Part shown: piece by piece, positions 25,864 to 32,547 of the stretch
How positions within the stretch are numbered: position 1 is the stretch's first letter
Layout: every line of letters begins with the position of its first letter
NCBI GenBank assembly: GCA_002269645.1
Contig: NIVC01003896.1
Coordinates: 1 to 32,547, forward strand
From: Macrostomum lignano
Lineage: Eukaryota
Length of the DNA stretch: 32,547 nucleotides
Direction: 5' to 3'
The notes under the pieces: generated by a model
What the model saw: the letters and a program-made list of their open reading frames with translations, nothing else
The model's database searches: none
Told to the model about the DNA's origin: nothing
Position numbers and translations under genes: made by a program

Positions 25864-26480
25864 GTGGATGGTTGCTATTTGGGGGATGCTTGCCTTCTGG
25901 GGGATGCTTGCTATCTGGGCGATGCTTGCAATTTGGGGGATGCTTGCTATCTGAGGGATGCTTGCTATCTGGTGGATGCTTGCTATCTGAGGGATGCTTG
26001 CTATCTGAGTGATGCTTGCTATCTGGGGATGCTTGCTATTTGGAGGATGCTTGCTTTCTGGGGGATGCTTGCTATCTGGGCGATGCTTGCAATTTGGGGA
26101 TGCTTGCTATCTGAGGGATGCTTGCTATCTGGTGGATGCTTGCTATCTGAGGGATGCTTGCTATCTGAGTGATGCTTGCTATCTGGGGGATGCTTGCTAT
26201 CTGAGGGATGCTTGCTATCTGAGGGATGCTTGCTATTTGGGGTATGCTTGCTATCTGAGGGATGCTTGCTATCTGGGGAATGCTTGCTATCTGGGGAATG
26301 TTTGCTATCTGGGGAATGCTTGCTATCTGGGGGATGCTTGCTATCTGGGGGATGTTTGCTATCTGGGGGATGCTTGCTATCTGGGGGATGCTTGCTATCT
26401 GGGGGATGCTTGCTATCTGGGGGATGCTTGCTATTTGAGGGATGCTTGCTATCTGGGGAATGCTTGCTATCTGGGGATGC
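25864..26480. repeat. Minisatellite M, 18-bp unit GATGCTTGCTATCTGGGG, inside the Helitron
   Basis: About 34 copies; source of the LGDACY and PQIASI ORFs. Confidence 0.97.
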
Positions 26481-27370
26481 TTGTGGTCTTGGGAAGATTT
26501 CTTATTGCAATTCACTTCATTTGAGCAGTTTGTCTGTTGTCTTTGTGAAGGATTTTCTGGCTGTCTTTTTGTTACTTGTAGAGAACAGAGATTCTATCCA
26601 GATGTCCCCCATCGGGGGGCGAAGATTGCTAGTTTAAGACTAAGATTTAAGAAGAATAGACTTAATCACAAAAATAGGCCCTAACCATTTTTACTAGGTA
26701 TCTATAAGAAAAAAAATTGATTAGTCCTTTTGTCATTTTTATTTTAAAGGCTAAAAATATTATTATATTACAAATTTGAATAGCTTTTCTTTTCTTGAAT
26801 TTTATATTTGGCTAATGCCACTTGTGAGTTTGCAACTTTGGGCTTATGAAATAAAGTGAAAACAATATGAAAATGAAAACTTCACTACACAGCTATATGA
26901 AAATATAATAGAGTAACATGTTGTGCATGTTAAATTAAAAGAATGGTAGTCTTCACTGCCCCAGATCAAATACAATCACAGATTTTGTGACAAAAAGCAG
27001 ATTTTTTCCTATCTTCGCAGTGTATTTTTTCCAGGAAATCGTGGCCTCCAAAAAATTGCACGATCTTTGAATTTTACGTCCTGTTAGTCTAGAAGTCCTT
27101 GAGTTCTCAATTTGTAGCATGAACTTATTTTACTTGAATTTACGTATAGCATCGTAAAAACTGGCAGCTAATTTTAACATGTGGTTTAAAGTCTCAATTT
27201 ATAAACTTAAGGCAACGTTATTAATTTATAATAAGTCTTTTTTTGTACTAAGTTTTACTGGAAATTTAATATATATACCTTTCTAATTTGTTGGTATACA
27301 GAACAATTTACTATAGGCTGTTTTTGTTCAGCCATTATGACTGGCTAAAACATTTTTTTTATATCTAGCA

Positions 27371-27667
27371 CATACATGCGCAACAGTCGGCCGAGTCGGC
27401 CGATCCGGCCGACCGATTTGACGGCCAACCAAGGAGGTCGCAAAAATGCCCACCCAAATAGATACTAAAGTAGTAGTACTAAGTAGCTGACGAGGCATTT
27501 TGACCTAATAAAACAGTCATAGTTACTCCTGCCGTTTACCCAAAGTTGCGTTAATTTTGCTTTAGGGTTTTTTACATGTAAGTCACATTTTTGGCCAAAA
27601 ACTATGTCGCATTTTTGTTAAAACTAAGTCGCATGGCCGACCGAATTTTGGAGGTTGCGCATGTATG
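27371..27667. mobile_element. MITE (297 bp), hAT-like, about 200 bp upstream of the IFT81 ATG
   Basis: Perfect 14-bp TIR CATACATGCGCAAC; perfect 8-bp TSD ATCTAGCA at 27363-27370 and 27668-27675; subterminal GGCCGA repeats at both ends. Confidence 0.9.
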
Positions 27668-27868
27668 ATCTAGCAGGTTGTGTTTATTGCCCACATATTT
27701 CCTAATTTTCACTATTTTGGCTGATCTAGCTAATATTTAGTCTAATACTTTGTTTATATGCATTTATATGTTCCTAAATTCTGTTTAACTGTTTCATTAC
27801 TATTTTAAGACAAAAATATTTTTATGGTCTAATCTAGGCCCTCAATTTTTTCTTATTCATGCAGCAAC

Positions 27869-31454
<3,586 letters not shown>

Positions 31455-31577
31455 GTGCGGCTTCCATTGTTAATTGCTTTCGCAGAAACTGAAGAGTTTG
31501 GTCGGGTGGTGATCAGTCACCCGAAAACTCCCACTTCCAGACACTTAAGCCTGGGAACAAGATCAGTGATCATTTAC

Positions 31578-32280
31578 TGTTGCGGGCTCCTCTTCTTTGT
31601 CGCGCGTGTCTGTAGAGCTCGTCTCCGCAGAGCTGTTCCTCCCGGGGTAGTCTTCTTGAAGTCTAGAATCGGCCGAAAGTGAGAGCGTAACAATTAATTC
31701 GACGTCGCAGTATTTCGTCGAGTGCCGAAATCAATATCAACGATGCGCCCTAATAACAAAATCAACTTCTATAACAACACGAGGTCCTCCAAAAGGGCGT
31801 CTTCTTCTAGAACTAACGGAATCGGAGTCGTGTGCTCCTATCGGTTAATCTAGGATAACAAAAAATCAATCACTCGATAATCCTCTAAGGGTATCGGAAT
31901 CGGTCCGCAGATCCTATCCAATCCCTTAGGAAAAGGGAGGCCTCAAACTCAATAGACTCAATAAAATAACTGAACAGTAACGGCCGGCAATAATAATCGC
32001 CTCTCAATAATCAAAATAACGAAGTCTCAAAAGCTTACCAATTGGTGTTTATCTCTTCCTCAGAGATGTAGCCTCGTTTGGCTGCTCTTGCAAAGCCCGA
32101 GATATTTTGGAGGCTGCTCCGAGTCTGAGATTTCAGCTCGGATTTTGCGTTTGTATTTATACACAAACAATTTTTTTCGGCCTTGAGTCGACCTTTGACC
32201 TTAAAAGGAATTTTATATTATTTGACAGATGGGGTTTTCGAATAGAAAAGGGTGAGACTTGGGTCACATCAAGGTTAACA
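31578..32280 (-). mobile_element. Solo-LTR-like element (703 bp) in IFT81 intron 7
   Basis: TGTT...AACA termini; 4-bp TSD TTAC at 31574-31577 and 32281-32284; minus-strand TATAAAT at 32155-32161. Orientation is less certain because a plus-strand AATAAA lies near 31960. Confidence 0.6.
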
Positions 32281-32547
32281 TTACCATATTTGGAAGTTCT
32301 AAAAATCGATGTCGAGAACCGGTTTTTTCGACAATAGCATAGTCACGTCGCTGTTTGCGTGATATTAACTGGTATTACTATAAATAGTATGACACATAGC
32401 TATTTTTAAATTTGTGTTTATAATTTTATGTTACTACTTTTAGTAGACTACTGTGTTTGGAGATCTCTACAAAACGAACATCAGTGTTTGCTAAATGTAT
32501 TCTCCAAAGCATACGTTTTTGCAGAAAGGTCTTTACACTAAAGCTTG

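Larger units (their letters stand above)
23089..26632 (+). mobile_element. Non-autonomous Helitron (3544 bp) nested in the TIR element, carrying two minisatellite arrays
   Basis: Inserted between A23088 and T26633 with no TSD. The 5' TCCTATATACTAAAA is followed by a (GGTA)n tract and GGCTCAACCGATTTTCTTCAAACTT, resembling known invertebrate non-autonomous Helitron 5' regions. The 3' end is a GC hairpin GTCCCCC-ATC-GGGGGGC (26604-26620) followed by CTAG (26629-26632). Confidence 0.82.
22518..27101. mobile_element. Non-autonomous TIR DNA transposon (hAT- or P-like); 1040 bp without the nested Helitron
   Basis: 290-bp inverted arms at 22518-22807 and 26812-27101 (about 7 mismatches counted by eye); termini CAAGG; perfect 8-bp TSD AGTTCTCA at 22510-22517 and 27102-27109; no transposase ORF. 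Confidence 0.9.

Noticed and set aside
25864-26684. LGDACY / PQIASI hexapeptide-repeat ORFs (superficially like beta-helix or antifreeze proteins)
   Set aside because: They are an 18-bp minisatellite inside a non-autonomous Helitron, open in several frames on both strands, with no supporting gene structure.
32056-32337. Candidate IFT81 terminal exon (acceptor-like CTCTTCCTCAG near 32063; ORF 32107-32337)
   Set aside because: Its translation shows no similarity to the expected IFT81 C-terminus, and it lies mostly inside the LTR-like insertion.

Overview
Animal nuclear genomic DNA with spliceosomal introns. The minisatellite-filled introns and GC-rich exons most resemble a free-living flatworm such as Macrostomum, but the species is an inference. 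Three conserved genes could be reconstructed exon by exon with consistent splice phases: the 5' third of GCN1 (minus strand, 10 exons, 13768 down to 469, continuing off the left edge), a complete SNRK kinase (minus, 3 coding exons, 21123-16988, about 822 aa, ending in a CaaX-like CCTIS) and IFT81 (plus, 7 exons, 27869-31454, last exon not in the window). All 10 GCN1 introns hold a tandem-repeat array, from 9 families; one family occurs twice in inverted orientation around a 1407-nt, frame-preserving 4-exon block. Transposons defined by their termini: two solo-LTR-like elements with 4-bp TSDs (9661-11876, carrying a bZIP-site-rich promoter pointing into GCN1; 31578-32280); a TIR element with 290-bp arms and an 8-bp TSD (22518-27101) containing a nested Helitron (23089-26632) that carries two satellite arrays; a hAT-like MITE (27371-27667); and a foldback MITE (19899-20338). 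Three apparent 1-bp deletions in short homopolymers (two in GCN1, one in IFT81) look like long-read errors. Long ORFs in the track that fall in repeats are artefacts. There is no CRISPR array, rRNA or intact tRNA. Protein family calls rest on similarity to human sequences recalled from memory, not on a database search. Repeat boundaries and copy numbers are approximate.
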